Sequence record: NC_048046.1
Reading direction: 5' to 3' (one strand)
DNA: 64,000 nt
Shown: positions 54,267-63,084 of the stretch, piece after piece
How positions within the stretch are numbered: the stretch's first letter is position 1
Layout of the letters: each line of letters begins with the position of its first letter
Notes under the pieces: generated by a model
Database searches by the model: none
What the model was told of the DNA's origin: nothing
The model's input: only the letters and a program-made list of their open reading frames with translations
Translations under genes and position numbers: made by a program

Positions 54267-54892
54267 ATCGCGACGCCATCGAATGGCTGCTTCCGGCGCC
54301 CGCCGACCTGCTAGCGCTAGAACCGCGCGACTGGATGCGGACACAGATGCGCCAGCATAAGGACAACGTCCAGTTCTGGCGCGAAGACCTCAAGCGGCTC
54401 GATCCGCTCGTTCGCGCCGTCTATGATGAGGATGGCGAACTTTACACCGAGTCTCCTGAAGCGGCATGGAGCGGCGATGTTGATGTCGGTTCAGGCTGGT
54501 TGCGGATCAGCATCATTACCGCCAATGGCGAGATCGCCTATCACCGCGATCCAGACTTCGAAAAGTACGGCTACCTCCTGATCCTAAGGCCCGCCGGCTA
54601 CAGCGTGACCGGGCGTTATCACTGGCGAGGTGAGGATGTCCAGGAACGCGGCATGATGCTTTGCCTGCATCAACGGAACCGTCAGCACGCTCTTGTCCGG
54701 CGTGGGACTACTAAATGTCACGGCGCGCGTCTGAAGGACACCTTCTCGCTACACACGCCCAGGCCCGGACGTGTCTGGATGGCGATCGGCTTCAACTCGA
54801 ACAAACTGCTGACGCTGGAGGAGGCGTCGGACATCTTCCGCGCCGACCTCGAAAAACGTCCCGTCAATGCCGCGAGGCGCTTGACAGCCTGA
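54263..54892 (+). CDS. hypothetical protein, possible cupin/2OG-like fold
   Basis: IAYHRDPD (HxD)...LILRP...QHAL. Confidence 0.5.
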   Translation: MNRDAIEWLLPAPADLLALEPRDWMRTQMRQHKDNVQFWREDLKRLDPLVRAVYDEDGELYTESPEAAWSGDVDVGSGWLRISIITANGEIAYHRDPDFEKYGYLLILRPAGYSVTGRYHWRGEDVQERGMMLCLHQRNRQHALVRRGTTKCHGARLKDTFSLHTPRPGRVWMAIGFNSNKLLTLEEASDIFRADLEKRPVNAARRLTA

Positions 54893-54906
54893 GTAGTTTC
54901 TTTACA
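54881..54906 (+). promoter_or_regulatory. class B phage promoter
   Basis: TTGACA..GTTTCTTTACA. Confidence 0.7.
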
Positions 54907-54947
54907 AGAACCTTCAACACACTTTTCTCCAGCCCCAGGAGCCCATC

Positions 54948-55238
54948 ATGTCCCAACTCGATACCAACATCGCCGCCCTGCCCGAACTGGCCTACGCCAT
55001 CATGCCGACGTCGGGCGACACGGTCATCATCAAGCGCGGCGAGATGGGCTATCATGATCCGGGCTACGGTCCGCAGGGCGAAGCCGCCGTCAAGAGCCTG
55101 AACGACCGCATGGGCGTGACGCCGGCGCAGGCCGCCGCGATGTTCAACGGCTCGCTGTTCGGCTGGAGCACGCCGGCCGCCAACCCGGACGCCTACGACG
55201 AGGATGGCCAGTTCAAGGTCGCGCGGAAGAAGGCCTAG
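54948..55238 (+). CDS. conserved mobile-element protein
   Basis: IIKRGEMGY..LNDRMGVTPAQAAAMFNGSLFGW..PAANPDAY. Confidence 0.75.
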   Translation: MSQLDTNIAALPELAYAIMPTSGDTVIIKRGEMGYHDPGYGPQGEAAVKSLNDRMGVTPAQAAAMFNGSLFGWSTPAANPDAYDEDGQFKVARKKA

Positions 55239-55241
55239 ACC

Positions 55242-55859
55242 ATGGGCATTATCCGTCACCACGCCATCGTCGTCACCAGTCACGACGCAGACCACCTGAG
55301 GGAAGCTCACGCCAAGGCCGTCGAAATCTTCGGTGAAGCCCAGGCGTCACTCTTCGGAGGCAATCTGGCTTCGGTCAGCGAGATCACCGTGTCGACGCAG
55401 GGTCATGCCTCGTTCGTGATCGCTCCCGATGGCTCCAAGGAGTTCTGGGATCACAGCGACCTCGCCGACAAGGGCCGCGAAGCCTTCATCGTGTACCTGA
55501 ACGGCGAGCGTCACGCCGATCCGTCGATGTCCTCGGGGCTGGCCTGGGCAGAAGCCCAATTCGGCGGCCCGAACGATGACGACATGTTGCTGTCCTCGGT
55601 CGGGGCCGACGCCAAGAAACTGTACGCGGCCGTGGCTCGCATTGCCTATGAAGGCCATGCGCGGCCGGAGTATCCCAGCTATACCCACGCCGGCTTCGAC
55701 GTCCTGACCGTCCTGGAAACCATCGGCATGGTCTTCGTGGACTCGCGCGGTAACTACTTGCTGACGGGCTCGGGCTTCGAGTGCGCCGGCTACGTGGCGC
55801 GGGATCACCCCTTCATCGTGAAGGCGGTCACGCACAACTCGGTAATGGCGACCGCCTGA
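55242..55859 (+). CDS. hypothetical protein
   Basis: MGIIRHHAIVVT..SFVIAPDGSKEFW. Confidence 0.7.
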   Translation: MGIIRHHAIVVTSHDADHLREAHAKAVEIFGEAQASLFGGNLASVSEITVSTQGHASFVIAPDGSKEFWDHSDLADKGREAFIVYLNGERHADPSMSSGLAWAEAQFGGPNDDDMLLSSVGADAKKLYAAVARIAYEGHARPEYPSYTHAGFDVLTVLETIGMVFVDSRGNYLLTGSGFECAGYVARDHPFIVKAVTHNSVMATA

Positions 55860-56137
55860 TGATCCAGCCTGAACCCACCGTCGAAGAACTGCTAGCGGAG
55901 ATCAAGCGCATCCTGGAGGCGCCGGACGACATCGATCCGGCGGTCCTGATGTCGCCTAAGATGTCGTCGATCGCCGGCGTCGCGGACATCGAGTTCGATG
56001 AGCGTTGGGCGCGCGAGGTTGCAGACCTCGAACGCTTCACCACGCGCGTCGTCCCGGTCCGCGCGACCGAGCATGCCGCCGTCGAAGCCCGCGTCGACAA
56101 CGTCATCTACGTCCGCTTCGGCGGCAGCCCGTACTAG
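55859..56137 (+). CDS. hypothetical protein
   Basis: TGATG coupling. Confidence 0.6.
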   Translation: MIQPEPTVEELLAEIKRILEAPDDIDPAVLMSPKMSSIAGVADIEFDERWAREVADLERFTTRVVPVRATEHAAVEARVDNVIYVRFGGSPY

Positions 56138-56145
56138 GAGGACCG

Positions 56146-56646
56146 ATGGTCAGCCCCAGCCTCATGTGCCCCAGCCGTGGTGCGCCGTACGAAGGCGATG
56201 ACGGCATCACCAAGCTGCAAGACGACGTCCTCGGCCTCCTGGAGGACGCCGGCTTGCCGGCGTCCATCAACGACCAGATCATGCTACTCGTTCAGACGGG
56301 CGAAGGCATCGTGGCTGGCGAGCGTAAGCTGCCTGAACCTCGCGCGCTGGAGGAAGCCCGCGACGCCGTCCAGTTCTACGACCGCGTGCAGCGCGCATCG
56401 CCGGACGAGAAGATCGCTGTAGGTCACGATCATTGGGACCGTCTGATCAAGGCGATCCGAGGGGTCGTGAGCCTGTTGCCGGGCGAGCGGTTCATCGATC
56501 CGGTGTCGGGCGCGATCCCCGAGGGCGTCTACTGGTTCGCCGAGCACCAGAACTTCTATGACGTAAACACCCGCATCGGGATGGGTGATACCTTCTATCG
56601 GAACTGGCGCGGGCGTCACCACGAATTCCCGACGGCGCCGGACTGA
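56146..56646 (+). CDS. hypothetical protein
   Basis: RBS AGGAGG. Confidence 0.7.
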   Translation: MVSPSLMCPSRGAPYEGDDGITKLQDDVLGLLEDAGLPASINDQIMLLVQTGEGIVAGERKLPEPRALEEARDAVQFYDRVQRASPDEKIAVGHDHWDRLIKAIRGVVSLLPGERFIDPVSGAIPEGVYWFAEHQNFYDVNTRIGMGDTFYRNWRGRHHEFPTAPD

Positions 56647-56876
56647 TGCTGGACGTCTGGATCAACGGCATGATCGCGCTCTCGGTGTTCAACATCGGCT
56701 GTGCGATCTCCCAGGGCTGGTGGTCACCCAACAACACCAAGCTGGCGTTGATGACGCCGGTGTGGATGGTCTGCGCCGCCGGTCTGATCGCGCTGCTTTT
56801 CATCGTGACGACCTTCACGGTGATGCCGGCCTCACTCAAGGCGGAAATCGAAAAATATCCGCTTGACCTCGGTTGA
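56646..56876 (+). CDS. two-TM membrane protein
   Basis: TGATG coupling; two hydrophobic segments. Confidence 0.7.
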   Translation: MLDVWINGMIALSVFNIGCAISQGWWSPNNTKLALMTPVWMVCAAGLIALLFIVTTFTVMPASLKAEIEKYPLDLG

Positions 56877-56905
56877 GTGTTTCTTTACAAGCCTTCGTGA
56901 CGATC
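56863..56905 (+). promoter_or_regulatory. class B phage promoter
   Basis: TTGACC..GTTTCTTTACA..GACGATC. Confidence 0.75.
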
Positions 56906-56923
56906 ACAGCCATGGAGGCTCAC

Positions 56924-57352
56924 TTGTACGACCTGACCAAGATCACCTTCGTCGACCAGCGCAACGAGGCGCTCGCGAAGGCTCTGCTGGGTGTCGTGAC
57001 CGACGCCGAAGAGACGCTGGCGAAGTTCCAGGAAAGGTTCACGGAGAACCCCTACTACGCCTTCGATTGGGCGGACAGCGCCGTTCGCGCTGCCGCCTAC
57101 AAGAAGGTCGCCCTGCACTATCTGGACGGCCTCCTGGGCAATCAGGAGGGCCAGGACCCTCAAGACTCGACCTACTGCGTCGAGTTCATCAAGGAAAGCC
57201 TGCTGCGCGAGACCCTGCGCATGGCCGCCAATCCGCGCGTCTCGACCTCGACCTGCGGCAACTACCTCCAGCAGATGGAACTGTCGGCCTATGCCGAACT
57301 GCGTGACCGTCTGGGCAAGGAATTCTGGGCCTACAAGGGGAGCTTCTCCTGA
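56924..57352 (+). CDS. hypothetical protein
   Basis: RBS GGAGG then TTG start. Confidence 0.65.
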   Translation: MYDLTKITFVDQRNEALAKALLGVVTDAEETLAKFQERFTENPYYAFDWADSAVRAAAYKKVALHYLDGLLGNQEGQDPQDSTYCVEFIKESLLRETLRMAANPRVSTSTCGNYLQQMELSAYAELRDRLGKEFWAYKGSFS

Positions 57353-57600
57353 TGCGCGGCGTCGACGTCAACGAAAGCTATCAGACCGAGCAGCGCTCGT
57401 TCGATGGCCAACTCGCCGGCGGTAAGTACGGTGCCTCGTCCGGCCCAGACCTGACCCGCGAGCAATGGCGCGCCATGCAGCGGGCCGATCGCCAGCGGTT
57501 CACCGGCAAGGTCATGATGATCTTCCTGGGTGCATTTCTGCTGACCTGGGTGGTCGCCGACCTGACCCACTTCAACGCCAACCTGAACCTGCCGTTCTGA
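57352..57600 (+). CDS. single-TM membrane protein
   Basis: VMMIFLGAFLLTWVVA. Confidence 0.65.
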   Translation: MRGVDVNESYQTEQRSFDGQLAGGKYGASSGPDLTREQWRAMQRADRQRFTGKVMMIFLGAFLLTWVVADLTHFNANLNLPF

Positions 57601-57983
57601 TGGACAAGGCGCAGCGCATCCGTCTGGCGATCGACACAGCGCGGCCGGCGTGGATCGAGAAGACCGTCAGCGGCGATCAATACATCGTCGTTACCAAGGG
57701 CACGCTGTTTCCGCTCACCCGGTCGGTCCTTCACCGGTCGTTCAAGACCCGCGCCGGCGCCTCCAATCTGGCGCGCCGCGAAGGGTTCACGATACTCGAC
57801 GGCGACTGCCCTTTCGATCCGCCCACCGATGAGCAGATCAAGGCCTATCATGATCGAGATCGCGAGAAGCGTAACGCGGCCGAGCAGGTCATGCAGGAAC
57901 TCGACGTCTCGTTCACGGAAGCGTGGCGGGCATTGTCCAATCTGGAGGCCAAGGGCCTCATTCTTTTCGGAGGGCCGAAATGA
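57600..57983 (+). CDS. hypothetical protein
   Basis: TGATG coupling. Confidence 0.7.
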   Translation: MDKAQRIRLAIDTARPAWIEKTVSGDQYIVVTKGTLFPLTRSVLHRSFKTRAGASNLARREGFTILDGDCPFDPPTDEQIKAYHDRDREKRNAAEQVMQELDVSFTEAWRALSNLEAKGLILFGGPK

Positions 57984-58279
57984 TCGACCAGATCACTCAT
58001 CCCAAGCAGCCACTCGTGGACTACGATACCCTGCAACGTGAGCATGGTATCCCAGCCGTGCTGCCGACCGATCGTGAACGCCTGGATGTCGGCCTGCTGG
58101 GTATGGTCAAGGTGAGCGCCGAGGGCGAAAGCTTCTGGGCCTGCATCGTGGCCCTGGGCCTGGGCTTCCGCATCGCTCGCGTCGACAATGCGCTCCAGCG
58201 CACCGACCTGCACGGCCTATCGGACGGCGACCACATCATCATCCGCCCGTGCAACATCCGCGAGATCGGCACGCGCTAG
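57980..58279 (+). CDS. DUF2314-like small protein
   Basis: GESFWACI..ARVDN..LHGLSDGD. Confidence 0.55.
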   Translation: MIDQITHPKQPLVDYDTLQREHGIPAVLPTDRERLDVGLLGMVKVSAEGESFWACIVALGLGFRIARVDNALQRTDLHGLSDGDHIIIRPCNIREIGTR

Positions 58280-58627
58280 ATGTCCGGCCCCCTGATCATC
58301 TCCGGTACAAAAATCTCGGTCATTTCGTCCCATCCCAAGTGGGGCCGATGGGTGAGCTATCCGGACATCGCTGAGACGATCCACCTGCATCCCGAGCAGA
58401 AGTGGATGCCGCATGAGGTGCTGGGCCTGAGGGCGGTGTTCAAGCCGGATGACTTGGTCGAGATCAAGGATCAGTGGCTCGCTGATCGCGTAGGCGTCTG
58501 CGTAGCACACGTCTCCAGGTTCCGGTGGTGGGCCTACAATCGGCGCTCCGGCGCATATCCCATGGTGGAACTCCAGGGCCTGCCGCTGAAGTGGTACGCC
58601 GCCGGTTTCTTCCGAAAGATCAACTAA
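58280..58627 (+). CDS. hypothetical protein
   Basis: abuts previous stop. Confidence 0.65.
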   Translation: MSGPLIISGTKISVISSHPKWGRWVSYPDIAETIHLHPEQKWMPHEVLGLRAVFKPDDLVEIKDQWLADRVGVCVAHVSRFRWWAYNRRSGAYPMVELQGLPLKWYAAGFFRKIN

Positions 58628-58641
58628 CCAAGGAGGACAAG

Positions 58642-59019
58642 ATGTCCGAGACTAAAGCTTTTCCGACTCTAGACGTCCTGGGTGCCACCTCGGGCTTCCT
58701 GCTGGCCGAGATGGGCGGCATCTATCAAGTCCTCAACTTCATGACGAACTCCGACCTGTTTACGCACCAAATCCCGCGCGCTATCGGCCCGGCGGCATTC
58801 GCGCTGATCAAGCACAATCCCGCGATGGTTCCTATCCTCCAGGAGATCAAGAACGCCAACGTCGAACAGCGCCTTGCCGGCCGCGACGGCTGGCTGACTA
58901 AGCTGGGCGCGACGATCGAAGTGCCCCGTATCGCCGAAGGTGACTACGAAGTGATGGACCCGATCGCCGAGTTCATCGCTATGCGCGGCGGCGCAGATAC
59001 GGCGATCGTTGTCGTCTGA
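58642..59019 (+). CDS. conserved phage protein
   Basis: RBS AGGAGG; IYQVLNFMT..LFTHQIPR. Confidence 0.75.
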   Translation: MSETKAFPTLDVLGATSGFLLAEMGGIYQVLNFMTNSDLFTHQIPRAIGPAAFALIKHNPAMVPILQEIKNANVEQRLAGRDGWLTKLGATIEVPRIAEGDYEVMDPIAEFIAMRGGADTAIVVV

Positions 59020-59028
59020 CATCAAGAG

Positions 59029-59071
59029 TTGACAGACAACGCGAGGGCCTCTAAGGGTGACGGCGACGATC
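59029..59071 (+). promoter_or_regulatory. class A phage promoter
   Basis: AGAGTTGACAGAC...CTAAGGGT..GACGATC. Confidence 0.65.
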
Positions 59072-59085
59072 ACAAGGAGGCCCTC

Positions 59086-59604
59086 ATGCTGAAGTTCACC
59101 GACATCTCGAACATCCGCTACGAAATCAACCGCACCGGCGGTGGCTTCCAGGGACGCATCCTGTTCGAAGTGGGCGCCGACACCTGCCACGTCTGGGTCG
59201 ATCACGACACCCTCGCCCTGGGCATCTACTATGGCCGGTACGACAAGAAGGGCCTGTATCGATATCCGACCGACGCCGCCGCGCGCAAGACCACCGACAC
59301 GCAAATCCTGAACCTGGAAGCTAAGGCGACCGCGAAGGCCCTGGCCGCCGTCGTCGCCGAAGTGCGCAAGCTGGGCCTGCCGGCTACCGCCATCGCCGAA
59401 GTGCAGCGCCTTGAAGCAGAAGCTGACGAAAAACGCCGGCAAGAGAAGATCGAGAAGACCAAGAAAGCCTTCCACGACATGCTTCTCTACAGTCTCGAAC
59501 AAGGCTTGATGCCGCCGGCGAAGGTCAACGAGATCGAGCGTGTCATGATTGACGTCAAACCGGAAAGCTGGCTGATCCTGCGCAGCGCGGTGCTGGGCGC
59601 ATGA
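59086..59604 (+). CDS. hypothetical protein
   Basis: RBS AGGAGG. Confidence 0.75.
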   Translation: MLKFTDISNIRYEINRTGGGFQGRILFEVGADTCHVWVDHDTLALGIYYGRYDKKGLYRYPTDAAARKTTDTQILNLEAKATAKALAAVVAEVRKLGLPATAIAEVQRLEAEADEKRRQEKIEKTKKAFHDMLLYSLEQGLMPPAKVNEIERVMIDVKPESWLILRSAVLGA

Positions 59605-59927
59605 ACGTCGCGAACGTCCTGAACAAGGCCGCCGACCTGATCGAGGAGCGTGGCTGGTTCCAAGGGAACCTCCGCGACGATAATGATAAGCGGCTGTGCG
59701 CGAACATGGCGCTGGCGGAAGCAGCCGAAATCCGCCTGCAAGGTGATGTCTCCACTCGCTATACCCTGTACACCCAGGCGCAGTTGGTGCTTCTCAAGCA
59801 TCTGAGCATCACGATCCTTTGGGACCGCGTGAAGGGCAGCCTCATCATCGAGTGGAACGATGCTCCGGGGCGCACTCTGTCAGAGGTCGCCACAACGATG
59901 CGTGATGCTGCGAAGGGGATCGCATGA
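59601..59927 (+). CDS. DUF6197-like protein, paralog 1
   Basis: LNKAADLIEERGW..LC..EWNDAPGRT.SEV. Confidence 0.7.
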   Translation: MNVANVLNKAADLIEERGWFQGNLRDDNDKRLCANMALAEAAEIRLQGDVSTRYTLYTQAQLVLLKHLSITILWDRVKGSLIIEWNDAPGRTLSEVATTMRDAAKGIA

Positions 59928-60289
59928 TCGGGGATGCCCAAACCCGCGCGCTCAACATAGCGCTCCTGGAACGCGCCGCCTCCCTGATCGAAGAGAAGGG
60001 CTGGTGGTTCAAGGGCATCACCGACGGTCGTGGCAAGCTCTGTATCGTTGACGCCCTGCGCAAGGCCGTCAACCTCGGCGTCCAAGAGCGTTCGTTCACG
60101 ACTACGGCCGATCGCGACGCCTTCATCGAGCGGAAGCCACAAGCGCTGGCGCTGTTCCTGATCATTCATCTGGGCCTGCACCCCTATCCCAGCCCGACGA
60201 CCTCCTTGATCGAGTGGAACGATGCGCCCGATCGGACCCTCCAGGAAGTCCTCGACGCCCTACGCAACACCGCCAAGGAGATGCCATGA
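59924..60289 (+). CDS. DUF6197-like protein, paralog 2
   Basis: LERAASLIEEKGW..LC..EWNDAPDRTLQEV. Confidence 0.7.
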   Translation: MIGDAQTRALNIALLERAASLIEEKGWWFKGITDGRGKLCIVDALRKAVNLGVQERSFTTTADRDAFIERKPQALALFLIIHLGLHPYPSPTTSLIEWNDAPDRTLQEVLDALRNTAKEMP

Positions 60290-60666
60290 CCAATCGCCTT
60301 TTCCTCCTGGCCGCCGGCGTCGCCCGTCGCGGCACGAAGCTGACCGCGATCTTCAAGGACATCGCGATGCAGGGCATGCCGTTCGAGACGTCCGGGACCC
60401 GCGACGTCTATGACTGGATGGTCCGCGATTTCGAGTCGGGCATTCCTGAGGCGCAGGGTGATATCGATGCTTGGGCAGCCGCCCGCCCGATCGAAGAGGT
60501 TCGTGCCGCTTTGACCAAGGTGGCTGAGCGAGACGACGCGATCCTCCGCGCCGCCGGGCTGCGGCGGACGGGCCGCACGGTCCATGAATCCGCCTACGGG
60601 CGCCTGGGCGAAGATGAAAAGGCGACCGCCATCGCCTCGGCCGCGCGCATTCTGGGTGTCGCATGA
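60286..60666 (+). CDS. hypothetical protein
   Basis: ATGA coupling. Confidence 0.65.
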   Translation: MTNRLFLLAAGVARRGTKLTAIFKDIAMQGMPFETSGTRDVYDWMVRDFESGIPEAQGDIDAWAAARPIEEVRAALTKVAERDDAILRAAGLRRTGRTVHESAYGRLGEDEKATAIASAARILGVA

Positions 60667-61223
60667 GCCTCGTCAGCATCTACGAACGCGCGCTTTTCCT
60701 GATCCGGGAAGAGCCCGACAACACGCCCATGAACGCTTTCGTCGTGGGCCTGAACTATGGCTCTCAGGACGTTCCGACCCGCTACGAAGCCGTTCGGCGC
60801 CTGGGCAAGAAGATCGGTCTGGACGTGCCGGACGACGTCACACTGTTGGACGACAAGCAAGTCGACGTCCTGCTGGTCAAGATCGACGCGTGGCGCAAGA
60901 CCCGCACCATCACGCAGTTCTCCGGCCGCCTGGAGAACGCGTTCGGTGAGGCCCGCCGCGAGCGCAACGCGGCCATCCTGGAGGAGGTGATCAAGCGTTT
61001 CGAGCGCTTCCCGCCGGCCGCCATCGTCCCACTGCGCGACGTCTTCGATACCATCTGCCACGTGGCGAGCAAGGTCGAGCCAACCGACAGCGTTTGGGCT
61101 GCCGCCGATGCCTACCACGCCTTCGAGCTTGTTAACGGGAAGTCGTCACCCAACTGCCTGCCGGCCGCGTCGGCAGTCGTTCGGCTCAAGGCGGCGCTCC
61201 AGGCGAATAGGCCGCCGGCATGA
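60663..61223 (+). CDS. hypothetical protein
   Basis: ATGA coupling. Confidence 0.7.
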   Translation: MSLVSIYERALFLIREEPDNTPMNAFVVGLNYGSQDVPTRYEAVRRLGKKIGLDVPDDVTLLDDKQVDVLLVKIDAWRKTRTITQFSGRLENAFGEARRERNAAILEEVIKRFERFPPAAIVPLRDVFDTICHVASKVEPTDSVWAAADAYHAFELVNGKSSPNCLPAASAVVRLKAALQANRPPA

Positions 61224-61507
61224 GCGTCTTCCTGGAGAACGGCAAGGCGACGCGCAACTCGATCCTGATCCACGCGGCGAAGGTCGCGCTGGGCTGGTAC
61301 CCTAATCCGGCCACGTTCGATCAGGTAATCGAGGTTGCTGTGGAACAGCAGGAACGCTCGGTGGGCTTCGACGAGGTCTACGCGGCGGAGCGCGCTGCGC
61401 GTGCGGCCTTTCGCAAGCACTACAGTTACCTTGATCTGTCGACGCCAGTCGAACCCGCCAAGATGGCGCATCGACTTCTGTTCATCGCGATGCAAGTGCC
61501 GGCGTGA
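61220..61507 (+). CDS. hypothetical protein
   Basis: ATGA coupling. Confidence 0.65.
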   Translation: MSVFLENGKATRNSILIHAAKVALGWYPNPATFDQVIEVAVEQQERSVGFDEVYAAERAARAAFRKHYSYLDLSTPVEPAKMAHRLLFIAMQVPA

Positions 61508-61508
61508 G

Positions 61509-61540
61509 TTGACAGACGGCGCCTAGCTGATTACCGCTGG
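61509..61540 (+). promoter_or_regulatory. class A phage promoter
   Basis: GTGAGTTGACAGACGG...TTACCGCT. Confidence 0.65.
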
Positions 61541-61563
61541 GCGAATATGAGAAGGATATAGGG

Positions 61564-61944
61564 ATGAGCATCAAGGCTATGATGGGTGGCATCAAGGAAG
61601 TACAGATCGTCGTCCGCGCCGATGGTTCATCCGAAGTGCTCGGCCTCGGCGATAACGTTCAGATCGGCTATGAATGGAACGGGCAAGCCTATCCCACTCT
61701 CCGTGAGGCAGAGCGCGCCAAGATGATCGAGGGTGACAAGGAGAGCCTTCAGAAGGTGCTCCAGACCCTGCTCAATGAGCCCAGCATCGACGGCACATGT
61801 CCGCCGCTCCGCCTTCCGCAGTCCTATCGCCTCGCCGAATCCCTTCTGGCGAACCCTCGCCTTCGCGAGCTATTCTCGATGGCGCTGAGCAAGATCGCTA
61901 AGCGTCCACCCGAGACCTACGCTGACCTGAGAGGTAACGACTGA
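61564..61944 (+). CDS. hypothetical protein
   Basis: follows promoter. Confidence 0.65.
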   Translation: MSIKAMMGGIKEVQIVVRADGSSEVLGLGDNVQIGYEWNGQAYPTLREAERAKMIEGDKESLQKVLQTLLNEPSIDGTCPPLRLPQSYRLAESLLANPRLRELFSMALSKIAKRPPETYADLRGND

Positions 61945-62108
61945 TGGCCGGACAAAACCTTTATGGGGGCGGAGTTCCCTTCATGGTGAACTCAGGCACC
62001 TACGGACGCTGTCGACACGGCCACACGCGCTATATGCCTTGCTGGCGCTGCGGCATCTGGCATCCCTTAAAATTCCTGAACCACCTGATCGCCGACCTGA
62101 AAGGCTGA
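61944..62108 (+). CDS. small Cys/His protein, 54 aa (not in ORF track)
   Basis: TGATG coupling; GRCRHGH..PCWRCG. Confidence 0.6.
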   Translation: MAGQNLYGGGVPFMVNSGTYGRCRHGHTRYMPCWRCGIWHPLKFLNHLIADLKG

Positions 62109-62110
62109 AC

Positions 62111-62470
62111 ATGGCTCTCGAAACCATCCCCGAATCCGAACTCGTTCACCGCGCCTACTATCGCGGTTGGAACCGCAACACCAAGTTCGCGCGCTGGGAT
62201 GCGACGCAGAACTGCTTCGTGTTCTGGCGCGCGAAGTTCGACTACGTCTACATCACCACGGCGCCCCACGGTGAAAACGCCCATCAGGGCGACATCTTCC
62301 GGCCGTACGCACGCGTCGCGGATGACGAAATCGCCTTCCCGGTACCGTTCTACGCTGAGGGCGATACTGATCCGGAGCCGACCGCCCAGGCGATGCACGA
62401 GGAAGACGTCCGCCAGTTCAAACTGGAGAACCCAGGCGTCATCATGCAACCCTACGGGATGTCCAAGTGA
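62111..62470 (+). CDS. hypothetical protein
   Basis: YYRGWNRNTKFARWDA..F.FWRAKF. Confidence 0.7.
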   Translation: MALETIPESELVHRAYYRGWNRNTKFARWDATQNCFVFWRAKFDYVYITTAPHGENAHQGDIFRPYARVADDEIAFPVPFYAEGDTDPEPTAQAMHEEDVRQFKLENPGVIMQPYGMSK

Positions 62471-63084
62471 CCGAGCCCTGGCCGATCCGCACTCGCCCGA
62501 CGGGCTTCGACATCCAGTCGAACGCACTTGACATCATCACCCGACGCTCTGGTCTGAACTCCCAGGGCGGCCCTGACGTGATCATCGTGCCGACTGGTAA
62601 GGCCCGCAAGGTTCTTGAGAGTCAGGGCAAGATTACGCGCACGATCTCGGCACCCGAGATAGACATGCTCCTGGAGGCGGCTGCCGAGTACATCGTCGAG
62701 CGCGGCTGGCGTCGGACGACCAACGATGACGATACGCTCACGATGACGACTGCCGTTCTGCTCGCGGTGACGGTGTTCAAGGCGCACAACCATGTCGACG
62801 AGGAGTCGATGCTGGGTCGGGTGGTCTTGAACCGCTTGGCTAAGGCGCTCCCGAGCTATTACGACGGTTGTCCGGTCGACGAAGTCATCCTGGAGTGGGA
62901 GGCGTCCGCCGGCCGAACTCTGGAGGACGTTCTGCACGTCCTGCGCACGCGCACTCGTTTGCGCGACGACTGCTCGATCTGCCAGGGCCGCAGTGGTGGC
63001 GTGCCGGGCAACGAGAACGTAATCCGTGGCAAGCTGGTCTGCGACTACTGCCACGCCGCCGATATGACCTTGAGGGGAATGTAA
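62467..63084 (+). CDS. DUF6197-like domain (paralog 3) with C-terminal Zn ribbon
   Basis: LLEAAAEYIVERGW..EWEASAGRTLEDV; CSIC..CDYC. Confidence 0.65.
   Translation: MTEPWPIRTRPTGFDIQSNALDIITRRSGLNSQGGPDVIIVPTGKARKVLESQGKITRTISAPEIDMLLEAAAEYIVERGWRRTTNDDDTLTMTTAVLLAVTVFKAHNHVDEESMLGRVVLNRLAKALPSYYDGCPVDEVILEWEASAGRTLEDVLHVLRTRTRLRDDCSICQGRSGGVPGNENVIRGKLVCDYCHAADMTLRGM

Noticed and set aside
62039-62110. ORF-track start at 62039
   Set aside because: Overlaps a better coupled ORF (61944-62108); ATG 62111 preferred.
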